64,000 nt of DNA from Azolla caroliniana (lineage: Eukaryota; Plantae; Polypodiophyta). The translations under genes were made by a program, and so were the position numbers. The notes beneath the pieces were generated by a model. The model had not been told where the DNA came from and ran no database searches. It saw nothing but the letters and a program-made list of their open reading frames with translations. Where the stretch lies: assembly GCA_043228905.1 (NCBI GenBank), contig JBHGNT010000007.1:12524001-12588000 (forward strand), in the 5' to 3' direction. Shown here one piece after another: positions 12,091 to 25,315 of the stretch (position 1 is the first letter of the stretch; each line of letters begins with the position of its first letter).

Positions 12091-14171
12091 GGTAAAAGAA
12101 TACGTGCGGAAGTTTAACAGACGCAACCGGGTAACAACAACAAAAGGCAAAGAAGATGAGCAAGGTTTAATGGAAAGCTTAATCAACACAACGTACACGA
12201 GAGAGACAGAGAGAGCAAAACACAGAAAACTCAATTCCAAAAGAATACTCTAAAACTCTATACATAGGATGTGCTCAAAGAGCACTTTTATACAAGTCCA
12301 TACGGATTGACAGAAGTATTGACACATACTTCAATGCTCATCAATGAGCCTCTACACTAACTCCCAAAATATATTTCTCTGCAGAATATCTATCCAACGG
12401 CCTCCCAGTTTACACACCCAGTCTACGCACTCGTTTACGCATCGGTTTACACACCCAATGTTGAGCTTGTATCTCAACACTCCCCCTCAAGCTCAACTTG
12501 AGGTTCAGCCTGCTCTTCCGGATCTTCTCTTCGGCTTCTCCTGGCTTCATGCCTTGCTCGCGCTCCTCAACCCGTTCGATTCCCTACGCCTCGACTCTTT
12601 TGGTCGGCTTGTCTGCTCGTGCAGCCTTTCTCAGCTCCCTTGCTATCGTGGTGTTGGCGCCTCTTCCGCAACCCTTTCCTCCACTTGGCCTTCAGTTGAT
12701 TCGGCGTCTCCGAATTGAACATTCAAACCGAATTGGATGTCTCCAATTCGTTTCCGCTCTTGCCCAAATGGACTGTCTCAAATTTGTCTTCTATCTTCAG
12801 GCCCTTAACCACATCAGATCATGTCTTGGTCTTGGCCTTCTCGCCCTTCTTGGCTTCAACTCCCCCTTGTTCGGCTGACTCCGGCTATTCCCTTCGGCTG
12901 TTGCCCTTGTTTCCGCCTTAGACTTCTTCAGCCGACCCGAAATCGAATTCTTCATCCGACTCAACTTCGCGGTCACCTCTATTCCTTTCTTGCTCCCTTT
13001 CTTGGTCTTTTCTCCCCCCTCAAGTTTGGCACATCAAGGTGCCGCAAATCAAGCACACCCGAAAATTGCCGCAACTTGTCGAGACCAAGGGGCTTGGTGA
13101 AGATGTCGACATTATGTTGATCCGTTGGAACATACACTAGTTTGACTTCACCGGAGAGGACATGCTCGCGGACAAAATGGTAGTGCACCTCAATGTGCTT
13201 GGTCCAGGTGTGGAAGGCGGGGTTTTTCGCCAATTGGATGCTACTGAGATTGTCGCAGTAGATCGTCGTCGGAGCGGACACCTCCACCTGCAGATCCTTG
13301 AGTAGCCTCTTGAGCCAAATGACTTTGCATGTCACGATAGTCGCTCCTTGATACTTAGCCTCCGTGCTCGACAGTGCGACTGTCGGCTGCTTCTTGCTGC
13401 TCTAGGTGATCACAGTGCTCCCAAGCGAGAAAGCAAACCCAGATGTGGATCTATGATCGTCGGCGTTTCCAGCCCAATCGGAATCCGAGTAGCCGACGAG
13501 CTGTTCGGCAATACTGGTCCGATATAGCAATGCCCTATCCTTAGTGCCGCAGACATAACACAATATCCTTTGCGCGCATTGAAGGTGTTCAGTCGTGGGT
13601 TGCGACATAAATTGATTGATCAGACCGACCGGGTAACTGACATCCAGCCAAGTGATCAATACATTAAATACAAGACGGAACATTAATATAAGAGCGTGTT
13701 ATTATTGTCTATCTGATCTTTATTCCATCACGTGTTTAATTTATTGATCTTACGCATGTAACATTGTGTGTTGTGAATCGGATCTCCACTGGACGTTAAC
13801 CGGTTGAAGCCTATCAGAGTCGGAAATCCTTATCGTAACCACCCCTTTGGTGAAGTGATCCGGAAGGATACCCTATGTTAGTGGCTAGTCTGGCCCAGGA
13901 GTAACACAATTTTGGCGACCACGATTCCTACGGAAAGTAGTGAACAACGGGGGGATGGATGACTAGGCCAACGAACGACGCGAGTCGAGAATGAACATTT
14001 GACCCCCCTTTTTGTCCGCGAGTGATGAGTTGACCCTCTTTCTTGATGAAGCAACCGCCTTGATTAAATTGAACTTGCATCCCTTGCTCAACAATTTGGC
14101 TAACGGAGACCAAATTCTTCATAATGGTAGGTACATGCAAGAAATTCTTAATGTAAGTTTGGTTGCCTTCT
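12091..14171 (-). mobile_element. Ty1/copia copy 1 (3' LTR 12091-12479, PPT 12480-12499, RT end/RNase H to ~13655, protease-region fragment 13976-14171); internally deleted
   Basis: LTR starts TGTTGAGATACAAGC on the - strand, preceded by PPT TTGAGGGGGAG. Motifs: YSDSDWAG, KHIEVHYHFVRE, HVPTIMKNLVSV. Same family as 39145-49530. Confidence 0.9.
13653..13980 (+). mobile_element. Gypsy-family LTR R/U5 fragment with PBS (TGGCGACCAC) and start of gag
   Basis: Near-identical to ~14326-14650. Ends ...GGAGTAACA CAATTT TGGCGACCACG. Confidence 0.85.
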
Positions 14172-17100
14172 TATTACTTCTAGGCCGGACTAGCCACTAA
14201 CACAGGGTGTCTTGCCGGATCACTTCACCAAAGGGGTGGTTATGGTAATAATTTCCGACTTTGTAGGCTTCAGCCAGTTAATGTCCGGTGGAGATCCAAT
14301 TCACAACACACATTGTTACATGCGTAAGATCAATACATTAAAGACAGGATGGAACATTAATATAAGCGCATGTTATTATTTTTTATCTGATCTTTATTCC
14401 GTCCCGTGTTTAATGTATTGATCTTACGCATGTAACATTGTGTGTTGTGAATCGGATCTCCACCGTATGTTAACCGGTTGAAGCCTATCAGAGTCGGAAC
14501 CTTATCGTAACCACCCCTTTGGTGAAGTGATCCGGAAGGACACCCTGTGTTAGTGGTTAGTCTGGCCCAGGATTAACACAGTTTTGGCGACCACGATTCC
14601 TACGGAAAGCCGCGAACAATGGGGGGATGGTGACTAGGCCAACGAACGACCCAGTCGCTGAACGAGCAAAAAGATTGGCCAAGAGACTGCGGAAGCGGGA
14701 GGCTTACCAACAGGCAGCTGAGGAGATCTGGTTGGATTGGTCTTTTTCTAGAGTGATTCGGCGGGTTGTGGGTGAGAGAGATTCAGGAGCGTTCTTGGCT
14801 ATTGAATCGTATTCAAACGGGGAGCACAGTGCGCAGTCCAATTATCGGAGCAATCACAACACCCTGGAAAGCCCGGAAGACGATGGTTCGGAAAACATAC
14901 CGACGCCAGAACCGGAAACGATAAAACCGGCATCCCCGGTTAACGAAACAGGGTCAGACGAGCAAGTACCGACACCACCACACAACCAAATGGAGACTCA
15001 AGAGGAACAGGCTCTGATATCACCTCCCAAGTCACCAAAGAAACAAGAGGAGCGGGTATTGACACCACCTCTGACAGACCCGATAGACGACGACACCATG
15101 CCGTACCAGTATTCGAAATATCAGGATGACCCGGACGTGGAAGCCCACATATACACCTTCCTCCAAACATGGGAGGCGAACCACGTGTCCCAACGTCTGA
15201 ACGAAGTGGAGGCCGAGTGGTTAAAGATAGCGGAATTCAACATGACCTTGGAGGGATTGGCGGCACGATGACACTCTAAGCACCTTCCCGACAGTATTGA
15301 CACATTTGAAGAGTTAAAAACAAGGTTTCTACGATTCTTCCACAGGTACGTGGATCAAAGGGAAATTGACGGACAATTCTATACGACACGATAGGACCCA
15401 ACAGAAACCATTCAACAATTCGTCATACGGTTCCAGGAAATGCATAATCAACTCACCAGAGCACCGCTGGAAGAAGAAGCAAAAGCGGTATTTTTGGCGG
15501 CGCTCCGGGAACCCCTCCGAATAGTGTGTGCAATCATAGATTTTCGGATCAGCACAATAGACCAGGTCATCAACCAGGTCATGGACATGGACAAGAACAA
15601 CTCTTGGCTAACGATGGGGGCACTCCAACGACCACTCCCTACCGAAGAGGACCTATGGTTTCGCCAGACGGTCCAATGCACGACGTGCCTTAATTCTGAG
15701 CACTCAACGGTAGAATGCACGATGAGATCACAATGCATGCTATGCCATTCCCGGTAACACATAATGGACTGCTGTGAATATAATCTGCTAAACCGGCATG
15801 CGGCACCAATCCGGCATATTGAACCACCCCGGACCAACTGACAAGACGAAGAAGAACGGTTCCGGTGAGATGATCATTATAGACCGATCCAAGACGTCCG
15901 ATACGAAGATAGACGGGACGAGTATGACCGAGACCGTAATGATAGAGGCCGTGACTATAACCGTGATCGATATGATCGTGATTACTCCCCCAGCCATAAT
16001 CGGAGGAGGGATGACCAACGAGGAGACTATGCAGATTCGGATAGGTGCCGACAAGGATATCGGAACAACTGATGCTACAAAAAAAAACGGAATGCTCGAA
16101 GAGAGGAGCGTCGAGAACCGGGAAAGGATTATCAATGAGAGCTGGATAGAAACATCACAGGTGTTCAATCGGAGAAATGATCGAATAGACATGAACAAGT
16201 CGGATAGAAACCGACCAGAGTGGAAAGAACGACCAGAATATTCGGAAACCAGCTGGAATAGTCGGATAATGGCTGGAGCAGCCGGAGCGACTGAGGGCCA
16301 GACAAGGCCAAAGAAACAAACAAACGGTCGGGACAACGGACCGAATGCACAGTCGGAAGATGACAATGACGCCGGACAATGGCAGAAGCATAACCGATGC
16401 AACGGTTGGATAGGCGGCTAAATAATGGCAAGGGCTAGACAGACGAGGCGACAAAGATGGAGAAAGAGGTTCTGGACGACGACAGAACAAGCAAAGAAAT
16501 GAAGACAATGATGGAAAACGCAAACGGAGTGACGACAGCGGCGTACCAACAACGCAGCCAAAGCCGATGCCGGAACCGGAAATGCCAAACGGAGATGGCC
16601 AGACAAGGACGACAACAGCGGTCGGAGATGGCCACGGTGGGAGATGGAGACAGAGACGGAGATGGCCACAACGGGAGATGGAGACGGACCCAGAACGACG
16701 GATGAGCGGCCAAATAGTGGGCGAGGAGCGGCCGGAATAGCCGAACAGTGGCTAGAGTGGCCAGACGAGCTGGAAAGAGAACCGCCAAACAACAACCGGA
16801 ATGGGCCGAACCGTCGGAACGGTGATGGAGTCGGGACCACGATCGGACTGCAGTGGCCACATACCAACGGCTAGAGTGGTGGCCAACCAGTAACGGCCCG
16901 GTCGGACAGAGACAATGACCGGATGGATTGGCGGTCGTGCAGTGGTAGTGGCAGATGTCGGATAACGTTGCCGGATAACGGCTGAATTGATTTCCGGAAT
17001 GCACAAAGACACATAACGGCCGGACAGAGACGACCGAACAGGCCGGACGACGGAGATAACCGAACGGACGGCTAGACAACAACGGAAGCGTAACCAAACA

Positions 17101-18178
17101 AGGGGCCGGATAGGCCAGACGGACACAAAGACTGGAGACGAAAACGGTTGGACATACGAGTGGACAGCAGATGGCCGGACAGCAGCCAACGGCCGGAAGG
17201 ATTGATGGCGGCCTGAAACCCTAAACAGACAACCGGAGTTGCCGAAACGATGGGCTGGATGGCAATGGAGCCGGAGACAGAGATGGAATAACTAGGAGGA
17301 ACCGAAATGGTTGGAATGGCCGGTCAACAACCGGAATGGCCAAACAGCCAGTGGCTGAATAGAGAGACAGAGACCATGGACAAAGCCGACAACCACCATA
17401 GGCGGAGACCTGACAGGAGGCTGACGGGATACGTCAAAACAGAAAAGAAAGAAGAAGAATAAGTAGAAAATAAGAAGAAACGAAGAAGGAAAACGCAAGA
17501 AGGAGAGAGAAGAAGAACAGATCGATACATCAATACAACAAGAAGAAGAGGATGGCGTCAATGAGAAATCTAAGAAACATACATAGAAGAAACAGATAGA
17601 GAAGTGAGCGAGACAAAATCAAGAGAGAGGAGGGGAATAATAATAATAATAATAAATAAATCAATAAAAAGAAAGGGCAAGAGAGAATGATAGGGGTATC
17701 GAACATAATTATAAAAACATGATGGTACATAATACAATTTTCAAAACCAAAGGGCATTGTCATTTGTTTAGAAAATTTGAGGCTACAATACCTAAATTTA
17801 AAAACTCATCCACCTAAAGAAATGGACATGATCGACCATGACAACTCACACAAAATTAAAGGAAGAACACACATACACACAATGTGCTTTTGGACCCATG
17901 ATGAAGTTCATGAACCGACAGAACGGGGATGTTCGTGTCGATGAAGTTGTAGACCGAAGGAGATGTCGAGTCAAGCGCTCCGATCAAGGGAGTCGATTGT
18001 TGAGACGACCAATGGAAATTCTGGTCGAAGAAAGATTATGATCAAGGCATGTGGGATCGACGTGCAAGGCACTCTCCCATGGGCGTGCCATATTGTGTTA
18101 CCGTACGAGATGTACGGGTGATTGATAAGTGTGATAAGTGAGGGTGAAAGATGTAATGTGTTGATATGTATGTGTAAT
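14172..18178 (+). mobile_element. Gypsy copy C, gag-only (pol absent): fold-back 5' LTR 14172-14578, PBS ~14586, gag 14627-~16400, tRNA-like motif 18050-18090, 3' LTR start 18096
   Basis: gag is homologous to copy A (MPYQYSKYQDDPDVEAH; QCTTCLNS.HS..EC). No RT or integrase motifs are visible in 16400-18050. The 3' LTR (TGTTACC) is cut by a copia LTR at 18179. Confidence 0.85.
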
Positions 18179-21100
18179 TGTAGAAACAAATAGCGTGCTG
18201 AAGCAATAGAAAACAGAAAACAGAGAACAGGTTTAATGGAGAGCTTAAATGTACGTGAGAGAGACAGAGAGAGAGAGCACACAGAAACTTAATTCAAAAA
18301 ATACTACTCAGTCTGTACATCGTATGTGTTCAGTGAATACTTTTATACAAGTCCATCCGGACTGACAGAAGTACCGTGTACTTCAATGCTTACACGAGTG
18401 TCTGACACTAACTATGAGATATTAACTCCCTAGTAGACTAGCTGCTACTTGGCTTCCTGTTATTGCTTGATGCAGCTAATCGGCTCCCCAACTCACCGGC
18501 TCACCGATCCGGCTCATCCTTCTGGATGCCGATCCGGCTCAAGCTTATTCAGCCGATCCGGATCCAGTTCAGCTTGCCGCTCAACACTCCCCCTCAAGCT
18601 CATTTTGAGGTCAGATCGTAGTGTCAATCTCTATGGCAGCCGGTCCTTCCACTTGGCTCCTTCTGGCATCACTCTGCCTCGCTCGCGCTCCTCGTCCGGT
18701 CCGGTCCAGTCCCCTTTGCCACGACCCTTCTGTTCCTATGCACCTCGACTTCCTTGCTTGGCTTGTCTGCTCAACAGGCCCAATTCAGCTCCCTCGCTGT
18801 TGTGACTTTGGTTTTTGTCGATTCGCCGATCCCTTCGTGTTGGCATCGACTTTTGCTACCTTCTGGTCCTCTTGGCCTTGAATTGATCCGGTTCTTCCGA
18901 ATCCTTCTGTAGAACCGAATCGGTTGTCTCTGATTCGTTCCAGCTCTTGTTCGAATCGGTTGCTCCCGATTCGTGTTCTGGTTCCAAGCCCTTCACCACA
19001 TCAGACCATGTTCGGGTCTTGGCCTTCTTCTTCCGGTCGGCTCTATTCTTCTTGACTCTGCCTCCGTTGCCGCTTGTTCGGATGTGTCAACTTCCTTTGT
19101 CGACTCGGCTCCTTTCTTCTTCCTTTCTCTCCCCTTGTCGGTTCTTCCCTCACTGGTGCAATCGGTAGTCTCTTTGCCTTTGCCCGTTCTGGTGGTGTCT
19201 TTGCCCATTCTCCCCCTCAAGTGTGGCACGTCGAGATGCTAAACACCAAGCCTTTCGGTGAAGTGCTGCAACTTGTCTGATCCGAGCGGTTTGGTGAAGA
19301 TGTCGGCAACTTGCCGATCCGTATGAACATACCGAAGTTCGACTTCACCGCTCAGGACACGCTCACGCACGAAGTGGTAGTGCACTTCTATGTGCTTTGT
19401 GCGAGCATGGAATACGGGATTCTTGGCGAGCTGCATGCTGCTTATGTTGTCGTAGTAGATCAGGATCAAGGTCGGCACCTTGATCCGCAGGTCTTGCAGC
19501 AGTCGCCGAAGCCAAATGGCTTCACAAGTGGCAATGGTAGCGCCCCGGTATTCAGCCTCAGTGCTCGACAGAGCCACTGTTGGCTGCTTTTTGCTACTCC
19601 ACGCTACAACCGCGCTACCTAGGGAAAACGTATAGATGGAAGTTTATCGGCGATCTGATGCATCGCCGACCCAGTTGGCATAAGTGTAACCGACTAGCTC
19701 TTCGGTTATACCTCGTTGGTATAACAGTCCCCAGTCCTTCGTGCCACTCACATACCGTAGTATTCGGTGAGCGCACTGAAGATGCTCTACGGTTGGCTTC
19801 TGCATGAATTGTCTAATCACATCGACCGGATAGGTGATGTCGGGTCGGGTGATGATCAAATATATAAGGCTTCCGACAATTTGTTGGAATTGTTTGTCAT
19901 TGCAAGCTGGTCCGGAGTTGGGGCAGAGCTTTTGTTTCCGGTCCAAGGGTGTAGAAATAGGGCGACATTCCGTCATGCCGAACTTGTACAACATATTCAA
20001 CACATAGTGTCTTTGTGAGAGCAATATGCCTTTGGGGGTTCGGATCACCTCGATCCCAAGGAAATATTGAAGGTCCCCCAGGTCCTTCATCTCAAATGCG
20101 TCCGACAGCTGGGACTTGACTCGGTTGATTTCATCGAGTCCGGGTTCGGTGATGACTAGATCATCAACATACAACAAGATGCATACCGGACCGTCCGAAC
20201 CTTTCCGGATGAACAACGAAGAGTCAGACTTGGAGGCCGCAAACCCCATCTTACGCAACCAGTGCATGATCTTCGTATTCCAAGCTCGGGGGGCTTGCTT
20301 CAGGCCATAAAGTGACTTCTTCAACCGGCATACAACCGACTTGTTCATCTCCAACTGAAAACCGGGAGGTTGGGTCATAAAGACCTCTTCTTCTAGATCG
20401 CCTTGAAGAAATGCATTCTTCACGTCCATCTGGTGAAGATGCCACTCCCTTGCCGCAGCAACTGCTAGCACCACACGAACCGTCGTCATCTTCGCTACTG
20501 GAGTGAAGGTCTCGTCATAGTCAATTCCGTGGGTCTGTGCGTATCCCTTCACCACTAACCGGGCCTTGTACCGGTTAACTGAACCGTCGGCGTTGTACTT
20601 TACCTTGTACACCCACTTGCATCCGATCGGTTTACTGTGATGGGGAGGGTCAACCAGGTCCCATGTATCGTTGGCATCAAGTGCCCGCATCTCTTCTTCC
20701 ATAGCAGCACACCAATGTGCGTCCTTTGCCGCTTTTGCGTAGCTCTCTTGCTCATGCACTTCCGCCACCTTGGTCATGTACGCATAGTGATGCGCCATGT
20801 ACACATTGTACCCATACCGCTTAATAGGTTCCTTCTGGCGGGTTGACTGGCGTAACCCACCGTTACCCTGTTTGAGGCCCTTCTTGGCCGGTTCGGTCTT
20901 CGGTGCCGAAGAACCGTCATTTTCCTTTTTGGAGTCGGATCCACTCTAATCCGACTCATCATTACCGGTTTCATAATCTGACATCTTCTTCTTCCCCTTC
21001 TCTTTGCGCGTGAACCGTCTCCTTGGTTCCTTGCGCGGGGAGAGCACAACAGAGTCTTCACTACTCGCCGGTTCCTCTTCTGACTGGTCGGATTGACCCA

Positions 21101-21340
21101 GTCTCTCGTTCAGCCCACTCAACCGAAATGATTCCGGACTTTCTTCTTGAGTCCCGGATTCATCATCTTCTATCTGGACCGATTTAGGCTCACTAGCCTC
21201 ATCCTCCGATATCGGGTCGGGGTCGGAAGTTGGAGCCGGTAAGGCATACCATGATGCCGTCTCATCAAATTCAACATCGCGGCTAACTCGGACCTGCTTC
21301 GTCCGGGGGTTATAACACTTATACCTCTTTTGCTCATGTG
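18179..21340 (-). mobile_element. Ty1/copia copy 2, 3' part (LTR 18179-18586, PPT, RNase H, RT 19644-20804, integrase C-terminus)
   Basis: RT motifs [22 protein letters not shown]. RNase H motif KHIEVHYHFVRE. PPT abuts the LTR. Confidence 0.95.
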
Positions 21341-22526
21341 TGTCAGGAATAGTACTAAGACAGAGAAGGAATTAGTACTAAGAGAGGTGAAGAACTCTCG
21401 AGAGAAGGAAAGAGTGAGTGAGAGGGAGGGAGAGAGAGATCGAGAGAGAGAGAGAGTGATGATAAGAAAAGAAATATATTATGTGAAGAAAATGTACAGT
21501 AGCTAGGAGGCTTAAGACTGGCATTGAACCGATTTGGTTCAAAATAATGCCTTGTGCCTCCTTTTATAGTGTTCTAAGGAATACTCCTGAAGTTTCTAGA
21601 ATGTTCCAGAGAAATCTGGAATACACATCAATTTTCTATAATAAAACATAAATGAAAATAATATTCTACGTATTACAATGTATAGTCTAATGGTCAAGAG
21701 CTCGACCCATGTAGCATAAGGTCATGGGTTCGAGTCTTGCCATATCATGACACTATCCCCCCTTTAAAACGACGAGTGTAACGAGTCGTTTTGGATTGAG
21801 GACCCGGTTTGTCTGGATATTGACGATGGAAGTCTTCAAGAAGAGCACGAGCATTGGTGACATTCTCTATCGGTTCCCAAGTATGCTCGTTGGGACTATA
21901 TCCTAGCCAATCGACTAGATAGTAGAGCTTGTTGCGAACAAGCTTGGAATCAAGGATGGCGGCAATCTCGTACTCAGGTCCATCTTCAAGCTCGATCGGT
22001 GGTGGAGGCTGTGTAATTCGTCCTAGGTTGGTGCTCTCTTGATAGGGTTCAAGGAGAGAACTATGAAACACCGGATGTATCCGAAGTTGTGGAGGTAGAT
22101 CAAGACGAAAAGCGACATCATTAATCTTTCCTATAATACGGAAAGGACCTAATCGCCGATAATCCAACTTCTCGCATGGGCGAGTAGTCTTGATGTGTCA
22201 TCGAAGTAACCATACCCGATCTCCCATGTTAAAACTAGATGGGAGTCGATGACGATCCGCATAAACCTTGTGTGTTTGTTGAGCTTGTTGGAGATGAGTA
22301 GATAAATCCGCTTTTATCTTGCGTAACCTCTCCAAACGATCCTCTGCGCAAGGATTTGTGGACACCTTTGGGGTTTCAAGTACACACCACCTGGGGTGAC
22401 ATCCCGTATAAGCATAAAATGGCTTAACTTTAGTGGATGTGTGGATAGAGTTGTTATAGGCAAATTTGGCGAAGTGGAGAATATTTGCCCAATCATCCTG
22501 ATGATAGCTGAGAAAGCACCGCAGAT
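21341..22526 (-). mobile_element. Chromovirus (Ty3/gypsy, possibly Tcn1-like) 3' fragment: integrase C-terminus, chromodomain, PPT, 3' LTR 21341-21752
   Basis: GPF motif (LGPFRI), IHPVFHSSLL and chromodomain EYEIAAILDS...YYLVDWLGY...TWEP. PPT AAAGGGGGATAG. LTR TGTCA...TGACA. Confidence 0.92.
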
Positions 22527-22794
22527 ACTCTGTACATGCTTCATGCTCAGTTAGCATTTTTTATTATACAAGCCTTGAGTATCGGGCTGACATAAGTATT
22601 GACACTACATGAATGCTCATAAATGAGCCGACTACACAAACTCCCAAAATTATTCGTTTACGAGGATTAATGCTCTAATGGCCTTTCGGTTTACGCACCG
22701 ATACGACCAAGTTGTGCGTACTAACTTACGCGTCCAGTCTACTCATTGGGTTACGCGCTGTATTACGCACCGAATGTTGAGCTTGTCACTCAAC
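22527..22794 (-). mobile_element. Partial copia LTR of the same family as copies 1-3
   Basis: Shares ATGTTGAGCTTGT..CTCAAC, TATACAAG and CTCCCAAAAT blocks with 12091-12479. Confidence 0.8.
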
Positions 22795-25315
22795 TAATTC
22801 CGACCGGTTGAGGGAGGAGGAGAGGGCGAGGGGTCTTCCCATTCTTCCTGGGTTAACGCCAAAATCTTCTCCTATTGTTTCTGTGGTGATGGGGGAGAGG
22901 TAAGGATGCGACGAGGGGAAAACGAAGGAGGTGGGTAGAGGACTGTGAGATAATGATTCATCATAGGTAGCAATCGCTTACCGGATTGAAAAGACTCTAG
23001 CGCTGCACGGACTCCTTCGTCGGTGATGATTCCCTAATCGATTTTGTTGCCTTCATACACTCTGATGATGATGGTGGCCTTATTCTGTGGCATACTCGTG
23101 GGATTTGTATGCACAAAGGCGTATTCCATCAAAATTTGGGCGATTTCCCCAAAAGCCTTGTTTGGTTCTCCGTATGTGCGGTAAGCTTTTCCCGACATCG
23201 AATACATCCCGAAGTATTTCTTGAGGGTCGTGTGAGGAGGAATCTCGACCTCATGTTCTCCGCCTCGTGTAAGGTCCAGAGTAGCACGAATCATGTTGTT
23301 GGTTACTATGTCAGGGTGGATTCTGTGTGCTATTGCTTGGGCGTCAGGGTGCGATGGGGCATCGATGACCCATAAGTAGCCGCCCAATCCTTGTTGTTGT
23401 AGCCAAGAACGGGTTTCCTGTAATGCTGAGAGAGGCATGGTGGACTCGAAGGTTTGCTGACAGGGAGAGTGGGGGGAAGCGATGAGACGACGGCGAGACA
23501 GAGAGATGGAAGAAGATTGTTGAGGAGGAAACCGTTGTTCTGTGCAAGGGCTACGAGGGCGAGAGAAGGCATGTTTGCGGGAGTGATGAGAACGAGAGAG
23601 AGCTTGGGAGCTTGAAGGTTGTGAAGGCAAGAAAGCTTCTGTGTGAGTGGGCGCGTTGTGTGTGGGGTAGTTTCTTTTATGTGACCGCCTAGGGTTTTGT
23701 GTAGGGAGAAGATCCTTTAGATTCTTAGTTGTGGATACCATAATAAGGTATTATGTCCATGCGTCACAGGAGTGCTATGCCTGGTGTGCATGTTCCTTAA
23801 ATATTCTACTTTAATGTGAAGGTGACTAGTTTGTGCGCCTAAGAAAATGTCGTGATTTGGGGTGATTTGTTAGGTAGTTTAGGTAAGGCTAATTTAAATG
23901 ATAAAACTATTCCTAATATACAATTTTGGTGGGTAGGTCACTATTTTACCGATGGGGGCACGTGGCCTCCTTCGTGGCGTCGTCCGTGAACTGGTCCGTG
24001 CCGTGAGACTCGGCGAAGGGATTATCTAGGGTATTTCCTTGGTAAGGTTGAAGTCGGAATCCATTTACCCAGCTTTTGACGATGTCTCCAGCAAGTGTGC
24101 CAAGTTGGAATGTGTCGTTAAACTCGTCAACTATCCAAAAGGGGCCTGTCCATCGGAATCGTAATTTCCCCGTCATGGCACCGAGTCGTGTTTGGAAGAC
24201 CAGTACCAGTTTGCCGATGGTAAGTGCTTTCTCCGTACCTTTTCGGTGGCGATCGACGAAGGCTTTGCGTTGTTGTTGGCGTTGTTCTAGTTGAGCCATG
24301 TTGGCCACTCAATGTTTGCCGAGTTCAAGGAGTTGTTCGAGCCAATATTGCTCTGATTGGTCCTCGGGTAGCCTTTCCTTAACCGGTACTCGGAGACTCA
24401 GAACTTGGAACTCGATCGACATGACTGCTTCCAAACCAAAGGCCATCCAAAAGGGTGTAGATTGAATGCTAGTTTTAAATGTGGTGCGATACGCCCATAA
24501 TGCACTTTGGAGCTTGTCATCCCAATCGGTGAAGTTCTCATTGACGATCTTTTTCAGGATTGTTTACAAAATTTTATTAGTAGATTCCGCCAGTCCATTT
24601 GCTTGAGGATAGTACGGTGTACTTTTCTTATGTACGACCGCGTAGTGTGTAGTGAGCTCCTAAATTATGTGGTTTATAAAATGCCCGCCTTGGTCACTAA
24701 TGAGCTTGATTGGGCATCCATATCGGCACCATAGATGTTTGTTAACGAACTTTGCCGTGGATGCAGTCGTGTTGTCCTGTAGTGCCTTAGCCTCGACCCA
24801 TTTTGTGCAATAGTCCGTGGCTACGATTATATATTTGTTACCGGTGCGAGCCACGACTAGTTTGAAAGGTCCCACAAAATCTAAGCCCCACTTTTGAAAT
24901 GGTTCTAACTGGAGAATGGGTTGGTGCGGCATCCGGGCTTGCTCGGTCGGTTGTCCCATGCGTTGACACAAATCGCACTGTCGACAAAATTCATGAGCAT
25001 CTTTTTTCGTTGTAGGCCACCATAAGGCACTCTACCATATGTTTCTTGTCGTGGCCTCTCCAACGTAATGTCCCCCCACAATTCTGTGATGTGCCTCCTA
25101 GAGGATTGCGTGTTTCTCGAATTGACGGATTGCACAACGCCAAATGCCATCCGAGCCTTTGTGGTAGAGGGTGTCGGAGACCAGACAAAAGTTTCGGCTC
25201 CGGACAACTAGTCGTTTCTGAGCGTCGAGGGTCAGGTGGTCAGGAGGAGGGCCGGTGCTAAGGAAATGGGTCATCTCCGTGATCCATTTATCTTCATTTT
25301 CTTCTGGCACCGTTG

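Noticed and set aside
15788-17561. Many overlapping 100-220-aa ORFs on both strands
   Set aside because: GC-rich, low-complexity sequence with few stops and no recognisable domains.
21676-21745. Functional tRNA gene
   Set aside because: No 7-bp acceptor stem or clean anticodon arm, and it lies inside an LTR.
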